This document shows, piece after piece, positions 50,352-63,431 of a stretch of DNA of 64,000 bases. Under the pieces are notes generated by a model, which did not search any database, was not told the origin of the DNA, and was given only the letters and a program-made list of their open reading frames with translations. The stretch is taken from NCBI RefSeq assembly GCF_963921235.1, contig NC_086097.1, positions 62,002,001 through 62,066,000 on the forward strand, in the 5' to 3' direction. The position numbers and the translations under genes were made by a program. How positions within the stretch are numbered: the stretch's first letter is position 1; each line of letters starts with the position of its first letter. This DNA comes from Mobula hypostoma (lineage: Eukaryota).

Positions 50352-51032
50352 ATTGGTTGGTTTTAACTTTTCTGTGCCCTATTTGGGCAGAAAAGTTTAC
50401 TTTCGATTTCTTAATATGGCTGCTAAACTTTCTTTTTAACTGCGTCATTTCTTTCTTTTCCCAGGGGATTCTGGGTGGTTACTTCCCTTTTGTCATCTTA
50501 CGTATTTCCTGTGCGGCCTTAAATTTTGTAGTTTTTTTTTAAATTTTATTCTGTTTTGCTTTTTATAATCATTTTATGTTAATAATCCTATTTTTTTTGT
50601 TGCTGTGTCTATTCATGAGTTTGAGGTTTATTGTGGTTTTTTTTTAATATATACTTTCCGGCTTTTGTTCTGTTCTGTGTGTATTTTAATTGAGCTAACT
50701 TTTTTTTACTTATTTTTTTACTGTTTTACAATTAGCTGATCCTTTTCATATTTATACCTTTTTTTTAGGGAGCGTATACCGGAAGTCATGGGGGTAGTTT
50801 TAGCGCTTGCTTCTTTCTGGCGGGTCTGCTTTAGATTTCGCCTTGAGGTCTTGGGGTGGGGGGTGGTGGGAGGGGCTTCACGTTTTAGTTTGTTTCTCTT
50901 TGGGCTATATACATTATTGAAGTATTGGTTGCGTCCTTTTCCCCGGTATCTTTTGTATGTTCTGTTTCCTCTCCGGGTTTGTGGGTCGCGCCTATTGTCA
51001 ATCCTCCTTGTTATGGGTTGACTTTAGGATTT

Positions 51033-54000
51033 ATGGAGTCTATTATTAATTTTGTCTCCTGGAATACTAATGGTCTTAATCATCCTATTAAAAGGAAAAA
51101 AGTTTTTAAAGTGTTCCGGAGACTTAAAGCACAAATTTTATTTTTACAAGAGACCCATGTACGGAGGGGGGACAGACTACGTTTTTTCAAATTCTGGAAG
51201 GGACAACAATTTCATTCGAACTCCAATGCTAAGATTCGAGGCGTCTCTATTTTTATAGACTCCTCAGTTACTTTTATACAACAGGATATTATCTCTGATC
51301 CGAATGGTAGATTTTTATTGGTTAGTGGTTTACTATTTAATAAAAAAGTAGTTTTGGTTAATGTTTATGCTCCTAATATGGATTGTCCGGAATTTTATAA
51401 ATCATTGTTTGATCAGTTTCCGAATTTGAACGAGTTTTCATTGATTTGGGGCGGAGATCTTAATACCTGTTTATCTCCAGCTTTGGACCGTTCGGCTCCT
51501 TTACGGACTTTACCTAATAAATCTGCAAATTTGATTAATTTTTTCCTTTCTGATTCTGGGTCGACGGACATTTGGCGTTTTCTGCATCCTCAGGAAAAAG
51601 ATTTTTCCTTTTTTTCACATGTTCATCATTCCTATTCAAGAATTGATTATTTTTTCATTGATTCTCGTCTCATTCCTTCAGTGATTAAATGTGATTATGA
51701 TTCTATAACCATTTCGGATCATGCTCCACTTAAGCTTTCTATTAAAATTATGGCCAATATACCAAACAATAGACAATGGCGTTTTAATTCGCTGTTGCTT
51801 CAGGACTCGGACTTTGTTAATTTTATGAATGAACAGATTGAGCTTTTTTTTACAATTAACCATACAGAAGATATTTCGGTTAACACTCTTTGGGACACTT
51901 TTAAAGCCTATATTCGGGGTCAGATTATTTCGTATTCCGTTGCTTTGAGGAAGAAACAGAAGCAGGAGGAGATGGCAATTGTGGACAAGATTAAAGAAAT
52001 TGATAAGAAATATGTTATGGCTCCTTCTGAGGAGCTATACAAACAAAGAACTGAACTTCAAATGGAACACAGTTTACTACTCTCGTCCTCGATTGTAAAC
52101 CAATTAAAGAAAACAAGAAGTGATTTTTATGTTCACAGTGATAAAATTGGCAAGCTGCTGGCTAATCAATTGAAATCTAATTATGTTAAATCTCAAATCA
52201 ATCAGATTTATAACCAAAATGATCGATTGATATTGGATCATGTGGGGATTAATCAAACCTTTTGTGATTTTTATTCTTCTTTATATCAATCAGAGTCTCC
52301 TCGAGATTCTAAATATATGAATGATTTTTTAGATAAGTTAGACTTCCCTCAGATTTCACAGGATATGTCTTCTTTATTAGATACTTCCATTACAATGGAT
52401 GAGATTAAGAATGTTATTTTTTCTATGAATCTGGGGAAAGCTCCTGGCCCTGATGGGTTTACCGTTGAATTTTATAAATGTTTTGCTTCTTTATTGATTC
52501 CTTGGCTCTATAAGGTTTTTGAGGCTTCTTTGAAACTTGGTAAACTTCCGGAATCTTTTAATAGAGCATCAATTTCTTTAATACTAAAGAAGGATAAAGA
52601 CCCTGCTCAATGTGCATCTTATAGACCAATATCTTTATTAAATGTTGATTCTAAAGTTTTTTCTAAGTTATTAGCAAATAGACTAGAAAAAGTACTTCCT
52701 TCTATTATTTCGGAAGACCAAACGGGTTTTATTAAAGGTCGTTACTCTTTTTATAATATTCGTACATTGTTAAATATCGTTTATACTCCCTCACAAAATG
52801 TTCCTGAGTGTGTTATTTCTTTAGATGCCGAGAAAGCTTTTGATAGAGTAGAATGGCCTTATTTATTTAAGGTGCTTGAAATGTTTAATTTTAGCTTGAA
52901 ATTTATATCCTGGATTAAACTGTTATATCACTCCCCTGTAGCCTCGGTTCGTACTAACTCCTTAAACTCACCTTTTTTTCCCTCTCTTTCGTGGTACTCG
53001 ACAAGGCTGTCCTCTTAGTCCCCTATTATTTGATATTGCATTAGAACCTCTTGCAATTGCTATTCGAGAATCTTCAAATATTACTGGGATAACTCGGGGA
53101 TTAAAGTCCCATAAATTATCACTCTATGCTGATGATTTACTTTTATATATTTCTAATCCTGAGAGATCCATTCCTGCTGTTTTAGAGTTATTAGCACAAT
53201 TTGGTCTTTTCTCAGGTTATAAATTAAATCTTAGTAAGAGTGAACTTTTTCCGATTAATAAACATCTTCCCTTATATTATAAATTTCCATTTAAATTGAT
53301 TAATAATTACTTTTCATATCTTGGGATTAAAATTACTTGTAAACATAAAGATTTATTTAAGACTAACTTTTTACCATTAATAGACCATATTACTCAACTT
53401 TCATCTAAATGGTTTCCCTTATATTTAACTTTGATTGGTCGTATTAATGCAGTTAAGATGTTTTTTTTGCCAAAATTTTTATATGTGTTTCAGGCATTAC
53501 CAATTTTCGTTCCTAAATCTTTTTTTGATAAAGTTGACTCTAAAATTTCTTCATTTATTTGGCAGAATAAGAATCCGAGACTGGGTAAAATACATTTACA
53601 GAAAGCTAAGAGAGATGGAGGTTTAGCATTACCTAACTTTAGATTTTATTATTGGGCTATTAATATTCGACATATGAAATTTTGGTTACTTGACCGGGAC
53701 ATACTATCTATTCCTAAATGGGTAGCATTGGAATTACAATCTGTTCAGGGTTATACACTTGGTTCTATTTTAGGTTCCTCTCTTCCTTTTGATTCGAAAC
53801 GCCTTAAGCAGGTCTCTAACCCGATAGTTAAATATGCTTTGCGCATTTGGTTTCAATTCAGAAAATTTTTTGATCTTAATCAATTCGGGTTAGCGATTCC
53901 TATTTTAGGTAACATATTTTTTCCTCCCTCTTTTACGGATCGCGCTTTTCAAACTTGGAAGACTAAGGGTATTTTACGGTTTTTGGATTTATTTTTAGAT

Positions 54001-54810
54001 GGTTCCCTTATGTCTTTTGAACAATTATCTAATAAATATAACTTATCAAGAATACATTTTTTTAGATATTTACAAGTTAGAAATTTCCTAAGTACTATAC
54101 TTTCTTCCTTTCCAATGCTTCCTCCTATATATATTTTAGATTCGATAATTAACCTTAATCCATGTCAGAAAGGTGCATCGGCTATGATTTATAATATTAT
54201 TATGAAACTTAGGAAAGCTCCATTTGATAAGATTAGGGTAGATTGGGAACAGGAATTGGGGCTTACCATTTCTGTGGATGATTGGGGGCAGATTTTACAA
54301 TTAGTTAATACTTCCTCTATTTGTGCTAAACATTCCCTAATTCAATTTAAAGTGGTTCATAGAGCACATATGTCCAAAGATAAGTTAGCGCGTTTTTACT
54401 CGCATATTAATCCTTTCTGTGATAGATGTTCGGGGCAGATAGCCTCTTTAACTCATATGTTTTGGTCTTGCCCTACTTTGGAAACTTTTTGGAGAGATAT
54501 TTTCAATATTATTTCTAAGGTATTAAATATAGATATCTCTCCTCACCCTATTACTGCTATCTTTGGACTACCTAAAATTTCTAGTAATCTTTCCCCTTCA
54601 GCCCGTAGAATGATTGCATTTCTTACTTTAATGGCGAAAAGATGTATTTTACAACATTGGAAAGAGCTTAATGCTCCAACTACCTTTTTTTGGTTTTCTC
54701 AGACGATTTTATGTTTGAATCTGGAGAAAATTAGAAGTAATCTTTATGATTCTTCATTTAAATTTGAACAGATTTGGGGACCTTTTATTCGATATTTTCA
54801 TTTAATGTAA
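51033..54810 (+). CDS. L1 ORF2p (APE endonuclease, RT, CCHC), ~1258 aa once a single +1 frameshift at ~52972-52986 is removed
   Basis: SWNTNGL, LQETH, GGDLN, SDHAP, KAPGPDGF and LDAEKAFDRVEW. After the shift: RGTRQGCPLSP, YADD, YLGI and CDRC...HMFWSC. No stop between 52987 and 54810. Confidence 0.93.
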
Positions 54811-55926
54811 TATTTACCCTTCTTGTTTTTTTTTCACTGTTTTAATGGAGGTCGGGATTGAGGACGTGATTTTAAGTTTAACTCTGTTTGGTTTCAAGTT
54901 AGCCCATTGCTTTGCTTTGCTTTTAGTTAGTTGCACGGTGGGTTTTTTTTTGGGGTTTTTTTTTCTTTTTTTTTCCATTGATATATATAAAATCTAGTAT
55001 ACTATTATGTTATCTTGCTTTCTTATGCTTAAATTACATTGTTTGTAGTATTTTCTTTTTGGTATTGTTATCTTTTGGAATTTTATTATACTTTAACATT
55101 GTATTAATGTTTATATGGCTTACCTTTTTTGTATACTTACTCAATAAAAAGATTTAAAAAGAAAGAAAGAAAGAACTCCTGTTTTCACACCGGGTAAACC
55201 CCTCTCTATTCCTGCGTTATTCCATCTCCCGCTGAATCCTTCATACATGCTTTAGTTACTTTTAGCCCTGGTGATTCCAGCACACACCCAGCCAGTCTCC
55301 CTCATTCCATTTCATTCTCCACAAACCTGAGTATGGCCAGAAGTCCTCAGACACTCCATCCCATTCACCAGCCCAAACTGCAACCCATCTTGGCAGCAAT
55401 GCATCACCTTTGAAAGGCTCACTTTACCTTCAAATTTCTTCAGAAGAAATTTCACTTCTTTATCTTTAAACTCTTTCACTTCAATAATCTAGAAATATCC
55501 TGCACTCTTCAGTGCTGGCCTCTTTCCCGTAGCTGAACCAGATCATCTCTGAACTGCAGAATGGTCTGAGCTCACTCTCTTCCTCACCAGCATTCTTTGA
55601 GTCTCTAACTCTCTCTCCTAGTTTAACATGATCTTAAGGTTTTTTTATGTAGCAGTTCGAGTCATTCCTGTTCCCTGAACTATGCTATTTTACTGCAATC
55701 TACTGTCTGTATTCTAGTGGTTTGAATTTCCTGTGTGCTTGTGCCCAGAGACACATAAAACTCAGGTAACAGACAAGTTGAAATAAAAAAAACAAAAGGA
55801 CTTAAAGAAATAAAGGAAGGTGTAAGGCATTCAGTCCCAAAGCCGGAAAAGACAGCATTTATTGCATATCCTGAATTCATACTATGAATTTTTTCATTCA
55901 GGACAACATTATTTGTTTGAATGGTA

Positions 55927-56745
55927 TTCAAGATTCAAGATTCAAAAAACTTTATTGTCATTCTAACCGTACATCAGCTCTGCAGGGCAGAATGAGACAA
56001 CGTTTCTCAGGAGCAGTGCAATCATAACATAACAAACACAACATTAAATAATAAACATAACAATAAATAGTAAAACACAACAGTCACATGTCAGTTAAAA
56101 TCAAGTTGTAAGTGTCCAGTGCAAGTTAAAAGTGTCCAAAGCAGAATCAGGTAGAGCAGCTATTTAGCAGTCTGACTGCCTGTGGGAGGAAGCTGTTTAG
56201 TAGCCTTGTGGTTTTAGTTTTGATGCTCCTGTAATGTTTGCCTGATGGCAGAAGAACAAACAGTTCATGGAGAGGGTGTGAGGGGTCTTCAATGATGTAC
56301 CGTGTCTTCTGGAGGCATCAACTCTGAAAGAAGTCTTGGACAGAAGGTAGGGAGACCCCGATAACCTTCTCTGCTCCCTGAACCACCCTCTGCGAGGCTT
56401 TTTTGTTGACAGCACTGCAGCTGGAGTAGCAGGTTGTGATGCAAAAGGTCAGCACACTCAACCACGCCTCTGTTGAATGTAGTTAAGATGTTAGTGGGGA
56501 GTGATGCCTGTTTAAGCTTCCTCAGAAAGTGCAATCTCTGCTGGGCCTGTTTCACAATCCCAGTGGTGTTCCTGGACCAGGTGAGATTGTCCGAGATCTG
56601 CACCCCAAAGAACTTGATGTTTTCCACTCTCTCCAATGTGGAGCCGCTGATGCTGAGGGGTGTGTGCTCAGGCTGAGACCGTCTGAAATCGGTGATCATC
56701 TCCTTGGTTTTGGTGACATTAAGCATCAAGTTGTTATCCCTGCAC
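55927..56745 (-). mobile_element. Rex1 3' fragment
   Basis: LNVTKTKEMITDFRR and AQQRLHFLRKLK motifs. ttcaagattcaagattcaa tail. Confidence 0.92.
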
Positions 56746-57439
56746 CAGTGACAAAGACAAATGCACTATATTTTTATATCTTAATGAGCATTATAATTTA
56801 TAAATAACTTTTTTCATTTACATTGATATATACGTGATTGAAATACACACACAAAGAAATAGCTTCATGTAAAACTAGAAAACTTCCCCAATTTCAACTC
56901 TTAAGCATCACGTGGTAGGTTTAATCGATTTAATCACATAAAAGTCCAAATCAAAACAAATAAAGCCAAATATTTTCAAACCACATTTATGTATCGCAGA
57001 GTATGTAATTTACCATAATTTTAAAATGCTTTTCTTGATATTTGATTGAAAGTACCTCTAGATATATTTAAGAAGATTGAATTTTGATTACTATAGTGAT
57101 CACAAGAAGTAGGAGTTGTAAATTACATTAACAATTCACCACCTGTGATTTAAGCAAGGTTAAGTTACTGAAATTACTTCAGAAAAATACACAAAATTAT
57201 TTTCTAATCACAGCAGGACAGAAAATTTAGTTCATTGAATAGAAATAATCCTTTGGAGCCTTCTCAAAAGACTAGAAATGAGCTACCCTGCTGAATTCAC
57301 CTGTTGATCTAGCCAGTAGGTAGGGAGGGTCTGCTGCTCTCTGGCAGAATACTAAAGAACTACTGCTGTCTTGTCCTCCTTCTTCAGCTATCGCCAATAT
57401 ATTCAGTCATAATCAAGGAGGATATCAAGTGCTGGTGCA

Positions 57440-58395
57440 TTTCAATTGTTCAGTTGTTCCATTTAACATCAGAGAAATATATAAAATATACATTCTGAAA
57501 TTCTTTTTCTTTGCAGACATCCACAAAAATAAGAGTGCACCAAAGAATGAGTGACAGTCAAGACGCTGTAACCCCAAAGCCCCCCCACTCCCCAGTCCCA
57601 CACATAAGTTGCAGCAAAGCAATGGCCCTCTCAACCTCACCCACTTACGCAAAAAAGCATCAGCATTCTCCACCCACCAAGCATGCAATAACAATAGTCC
57701 CAGTAAAGACTATTTAGTCTTTACTGGGACTATAAAGACTAAATATAGTCTTTATTTAGACTATATAACTATAGTCTAAATAATGATCTGCAATCCAACA
57801 AAAACTAATGGTTCACCTGACACTTCAGCGTACCACAGGCTCACTCTCTCTCCCCCAATAAAGGGAAAAAGAGGTGGTCCCCTTTCACAGCGAGAGGGGA
57901 GACACAACAGAACAACTCACTGATTTATGGTGTTAATAGTCTGTCAAGCTGCTTTTTTCCCCTTTCAGTTCTGTGACCTGAGAACTGGAAAAAAAACTCA
58001 CTCAAGAGAGAGTGAATGAGCACAACTCGCCGAGTACACAGCCTCCAACAGCAGATCAGCTGTTACTGATGTTTCATTCGCTCCCATGGTGCTTCAGTCG
58101 GTGGTACTAGCTTCAATCAGTTTGTTCACAGGGTTGCGAAATCTTGGAAGCCAAAGGCATGCTCGTCTTTTAGGCTGTGTCCTTGGGATTTTGAAAAACT
58201 GCCAGCCATGAGCCCCCAGGACAGGATCCCACCACAGCAAAGAACCAAAGTCTGAGTGTAACTCCAACTCCAGGTCAGGATCTTCTTTAGAAGCCTATCC
58301 ACCCTGAAAGGGAAAAGGAGAGACATCAAAGGTAAAAATTAAGCTATTTTCGTAGATGAACATGAAGGAGTCGCAATTTAGCACCATCATGACTC
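57440..58395 (-). mobile_element. Non-coding non-autonomous retroelement with Rex1-like tail
   Basis: Minus strand starts atgatggtgctaaa and ends ttaaatggaacaactgaacaattgaa. No coding capacity. Confidence 0.55.
57694..57783. repeat. Three overlapping perfect hairpins
   Basis: Arms 57694-57712/57715-57733 (19 bp), 57732-57741/57746-57755 (10 bp) and 57752-57765/57770-57783 (14 bp). Confidence 0.93.
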
Positions 58396-58479
58396 GGCCT
58401 CCACCTACGTCCCCTTTCCCAAAGGAATCACCACTGAACCAATGGCAGAGCACAAAGGCACCAAGGGGCAATGCACACT

Positions 58480-59790
58480 TTGTACACATGGAGGCATCCA
58501 CCGTCCCCAAGAACCCTGTGATTTCAGTCTCTAAGGTCGACATGAGAACATCCTGCTGGAGGGTGAACCAACTTTCAAGGACTCTACAAGTCATGTTATC
58601 AACATTACTTATTACTTTTTTTGTATTTGCACAATTTGATTTCTTTTTCAGATTGGTTATTAGTCCATCTGTGTGTGTCGTTTTTCACTGATTCTGTTGT
58701 GTCTCTTTGTATCTATTGTGAATGCCCACAAGAAAATGAATCTCAAGGTAGTACATGGCGACATAAGTACTTTGATTATAAATTTACTTTGAACGTTGTA
58801 CTTGACCACTCAGATTCATACCAAGGAAGGTGGCATCAGAAAAGTGATCATATCCATAACTTGGTATATCACTAAAGATTTGTGTGAATTTCTATAGATC
58901 CACAGTGGAGATGCTGACTGGCTGCAGCACAGCCCGGTGTGGAGACTGCAATGCACAGAACTGCAAGAAGCTGCAGAAGGTCGCGGACTCAGCCAACTCC
59001 ACTGTTGGCACAACCCTTCCTACTATCAAGGACATCTCCATTGTTGGCACAACCCTTCCCACTATCAAGGACATCTCCATTGTTGGCACAACTCTTCCCA
59101 CCATCAAGGACATCTCCATTGTTGGCACAACCCTTTCCACTGTCAAGGACATCTCCATTATTGGCACAACCCCTCCCACTGTCAAGGACATCTCCATTAT
59201 TGGCACAACCCTTCCCACTGTCAAGGACATCTCCATTGTTGGCACAACCATTCCCACTATCAAGGACATCTCCATTGTTGGCATAACCCTTCCCACCATC
59301 AAGTACATCTCCATTGTTGGCACAACCCTTTCCACTGTCAAGGACATCTCCATTATTGGCACAACCCCTCCCACTGTCAAGGACATCTCTATTATTGGCA
59401 CAACCCTTCCCACTGTCAAGGACATCTCCATTGTTGGCACAACCATTCCCACTGTCAAGGACATCTTGAAGAGGCAGTGCCTCAAGAAAACGGCGTTCAT
59501 CATAAAGGCCTCTCCCACCATCCCGGACATGCCCACTTCTCATTATTACTGTTAGGAGGAGGTGCAGGAGCCCAAAAATTCATGCTCAATGATTTAACAA
59601 CAACTTCTTTGCCTCTGCTACCAGATTTCTGAATGGACCATGGACCCTTGAACTCTACCTTGTTATTCCTTTTTCTTTTGAACTATTTATTTATAATTTA
59701 CAGTAGTTTGTGTCTTTACGACCATATTCCTGCCATAAAACAACAAATTTCACATCATTTAAGACAGTGATAATAAACCTGATTCTGCAA
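58480..59790 (+). mobile_element. Rex1 fragments; the 3' fragment (58860-59790) carries a minisatellite expansion
   Basis: NFYRSTVEMLTGC...KKLQKV...CLKKTAFIIK motifs. Ends gataataaacctgattctg. Confidence 0.85.
58997..59464 (+). repeat. 39-bp minisatellite, 12 copies
   Basis: Unit ctccattgttggcacaacccttcccactatcaaggacat (SIVGTTLPTIKDI); 12 x 39 = 468 bp. Confidence 0.97.
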
Positions 59791-62399
59791 TTTTAGTACT
59801 TCTAATTTTGCTTAATTAAATACATTAATTTTTTTAAATTTGCTTAGAAATATTCAAAGATTGATATCTATTTGAGCTTATATTTGAGTGCCTCTAACTA
59901 TCGGGGGTAGTTAAAAGCAGATCAAGGACCTTTCCAATGGCAGGACAGTCAGAGCCAGTCTCGGCTCTGATCTCACAATAAGTCACCTGAAGCCCAGCTC
60001 CTGGCCATGGTCCACTCTGTTCCACAGGTTCATTCTGAGGTTTGGAGAGATAGCTTGATAGGTTCCAAATGTTCAGAGCAAATTGTTGTTGTGGGCAGGC
60101 AGGCAGGCATTGTAAAAGACAAATGTATGCAGTGGCCCAAATGCCAAAATGCCAGGCCCATTGTATTGAAAAGCGATGCCAGAGTTTCTGAAATGACAGC
60201 AGCCTGTGGTTTAAACACTGCAATCATTTATACTGGTTACTCCCACATCGAGCAATTGCAGCAATTGAGTGGAAAAAAGGTAATTAAAATTTAGGTGATA
60301 ATAGATATTAGAATAGATTTTCCAAGTATGCTATCATAAATTTTACCTTGCCACAGGCAAAGACTCAGAAACTATTCCATATGATCTCAAGACAATAATG
60401 ATAACAGTAATGCTGGACCTGCACATTTATATAGCCCCGTGTATTATTAGCATGCAATATCACTGGAGGTTTCGAAAAGCAGCTACTTCTTTAATAGTAT
60501 TGATTGGTACACTTCAGAGACATGCCTCATAGGATGAGTCAGACCTTTGCTGTATGCGGTGTATTATACAATACTGCCACTCAGTATGATAAATTAGTGT
60601 ATCTTCAGGAGGATAGACTATGCCTCTGAAATGTTAAGGGCATCGATGTACGTCAGACTTCTTATGTTGCTGAGGAGCCTGCTGTGATCAGGACACTTAT
60701 TCATTTAGCTCACCAGCTTCACTCGATTCTCACAGAGAAGTGTCAGCAGATAAATGTAGGGAGGGAGAGAGGGAGGGGGGGAGTGGAAGAAACAGACCTG
60801 ACCTACATTGGTAAAGACCTGGATATTATCGAATCATTTTAAGTTAATGAAAGGAAGTAACTTTGGGAAATGTGTCCAAAATAAGCGCAGGTAATCTAAA
60901 ACTTTGCTGAAGTATGAATTAGATTGCTTTAGATCAATTTTCAGGCCTTACTTTAAATCCAATGATAATAAGCCTAGTTTATATGCATCGATCTTCTGTT
61001 GTGGTTGAACTGACAAGGCAGAATTTATCACCCATTTTTAGGTGCTAGGAGGATGTAAGTGATCACACCCAAGATGTGGATGAGTCACAGGAAGGCCAAG
61101 CACTAGAGAGACACTTACTTCACTCAGCTGCAACTTTCTGCTCTTCTGATCATCGGTGGTTCAAAACCTGAATTCATCCAGAGTTAAATTAAAACAATAT
61201 CACAAATTACACACACCATATTAGGATGTCCAGATTGTCAAACTCTGAATGAAAGGCCCGATTATTCACAGTCAATAATGTACAACCCTTCCCTGCACAA
61301 ATTACTCGGTGTCATTAGCCACTTCTGCAAAAGTGCTGGAGTTGCTGCAAAGTTGTTGCTGCTTGCAGGCATACATTCTGATCAGCCAACATGCAGATTA
61401 CCTGTTTATTTGATTTTCCTTTTGAATTTAACTTCCTTATTAAATTCCCTCAATATTTTGAAGCCTCAAGGACTCCCTTGAACCAATAGTGCCCCTCCAC
61501 ACTCCCTTGCACGAGATAGCCATCATAAATTACATTCCCTGGTTATTGTAAATAACATGTACTCACATTCATCCCATTCCAGAACAGCAGCACTTGACTA
61601 GGGCATTTGTTCATGTACATCTCATTCTGAATTTCAGCAGCCAGGTAATTGTTTAACCACTATCTATAATAACTACATGAAGAACCATTCATAAAGTATT
61701 CGAGGATGTTCATTCAAACCGCCTGTCGTGTCAGCACACATTATCATATATTTTCTGCCTCTGGATACCTTCCAAGACAAAACATAACTGATTGAAGCAA
61801 AAGGACAGGCATTAGCTGCCCCAAGTACCAGTGCATTAACCAGTGGAAGGACATTTCCTTTTTCATTTGTGTAATAAGCATCATACAATAAAGTTCAAAC
61901 AAGACACAGAACTGTATCAGCCAAAGTCACCTGATCCAGGAAGTCTGAAATTGGGGCTCGAGCCTTATCGCTATATTCAGTGTGAAGTATAGCACAAAAC
62001 CGGAGCAGAATAGACCATCTGGCACATCAAGCTTGATGTCATGATTCAGTATGATCATGGCAGCTCATTCAGATTCAACACCCTGTTCCAACTTTCTCCA
62101 ATATCCATTGATCACTCTAGTTCTCTTCTGAGATCCCTGGGGCCTCCAGCTTTTCCACTGGCAACGCCTCATAGGGGACAAGGATATTTGACGTTTTATG
62201 TATTAGCCTTCATTAGTTTCCATTAAGACACCAAATGGAGACCGGAGAAGGAGCATCTTGCTTGGCCTGCATTTCCAAAAATAGTAAATTGGTGAATTGG
62301 TTTATAATTGTCAAATATACTGAGGTAGAAAAACTTGCCTTGCATTCCATTCATATTGATCAATTAATTATATCAATACATTTTCATGGAACTATGTAC

Positions 62400-63010
62400 T
62401 TGTACCCTTAGTTTCACTCTTCTACAATGCTCTCTAGAGACCTGCTATTTACTGTACAAGTCTAACCCAGATTTAAGTTATCAAAATGCAAAACTTTATA
62501 GCCGTTCAATTTAAACTCCGTTTGCTATCCCTTGATCCACCTTCCCAGTTGATCTAGATCCCATTGTAAACTTGGATAACTTCCTTGGCTGTCCACTACA
62601 CCACTAATGTTGGTGTCATCATCAAGCTTACTAATCATACCACTTACTTTTCCATCCAAATCACTTAATGCAGATGACAAACAAGAGGAATCATACTTCC
62701 AATCCTCAAGCCAAACTGCAGGTCACAAGCCTCCAAACTGAAAAACCACCCTCCAAAACCACCATCTGACTCTAACTACCAAGCTGATTTTGTATCCAGT
62801 TGGCTAGCTCACTCTGAATCTTATGTGATCTAACCTTCTAGTTCAGCTTACCAAGCAGGACACCATCAAAGGCCTTAGTAAAACCCATTTCCCATGCACA
62901 AAGCCATGTTGTAAATTCCTAATCAGTCCAATTACAGGTAGATCCTGTCTTTCAGAATTCCTTCCAGTAACTTTCCTGCCACTGATGTTAGGTTCACTGG
63001 CCTAAAGTTC
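62400..63010 (-). mobile_element. Decayed CR1 RT fragment
   Basis: KLDDDTNISGVVDS on the minus strand near 62590-62630. Confidence 0.7.
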
Positions 63011-63431
63011 CCCGTTAACAAATACTTTTTGTCAATTTCACACGTAGTCTGAATTTACATTCCTGATTTTGAAGTGACTGGGGACCTCTGGCCTGAAGCT
63101 GAAGGGATTTTACTTTGGTGTATTAACAAAGGCTTCAGGTTATCATCCACTTTCTGGTATTCTGGCATCTAAAAGTATACTTTCAAGATGGTCACCATCT
63201 AGGGACATAGAATCATTGTTGTCGTCATACAGCACAGAAATAGACCCTACAGCTATCATGTCTATATTGACTTTTTTGCCCAGTCATACTAACTCCTTTC
63301 GCTCTCATTATATCCATATCCTTCTATTCTTACCTATTCAACTCCCCTTAAATGTAGTAATTATATCTGATTTCACCACTCCCTTTGACAGCAAGATCCA
63401 GATATCAACCACTCACAGTATAAAAACTTTC

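Larger units (their letters stand above)
49262..55171 (+). mobile_element. Full-length L1-clade LINE (~5.9 kb)
   Basis: Perfect 10-bp TSD agaactcctg (49252-49261 / 55172-55181). ORF1, spacer, ORF2, AATAAA at 55143 and (GAAA)n tail. Confidence 0.97.

Noticed and set aside
50925..51032. N-terminal extension of ORF2 in the ORF track
   Set aside because: It starts at a TTG. APE homology begins just after the ATG at 51033.
53296..54810. Separate 504-aa third ORF
   Set aside because: The same frame is open from 52987 and contains QGCPLSP and YADD. It is the C-terminal half of the frameshifted ORF2.
58884..59632. Long repetitive ORFs on both strands (His/Cys/Trp-rich, mucin-like or antifreeze-like); CRISPR-like periodicity
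   Set aside because: By-product of a stop-poor 39-bp unit inside a Rex1 remnant. There are no unique spacers and no gene structure.
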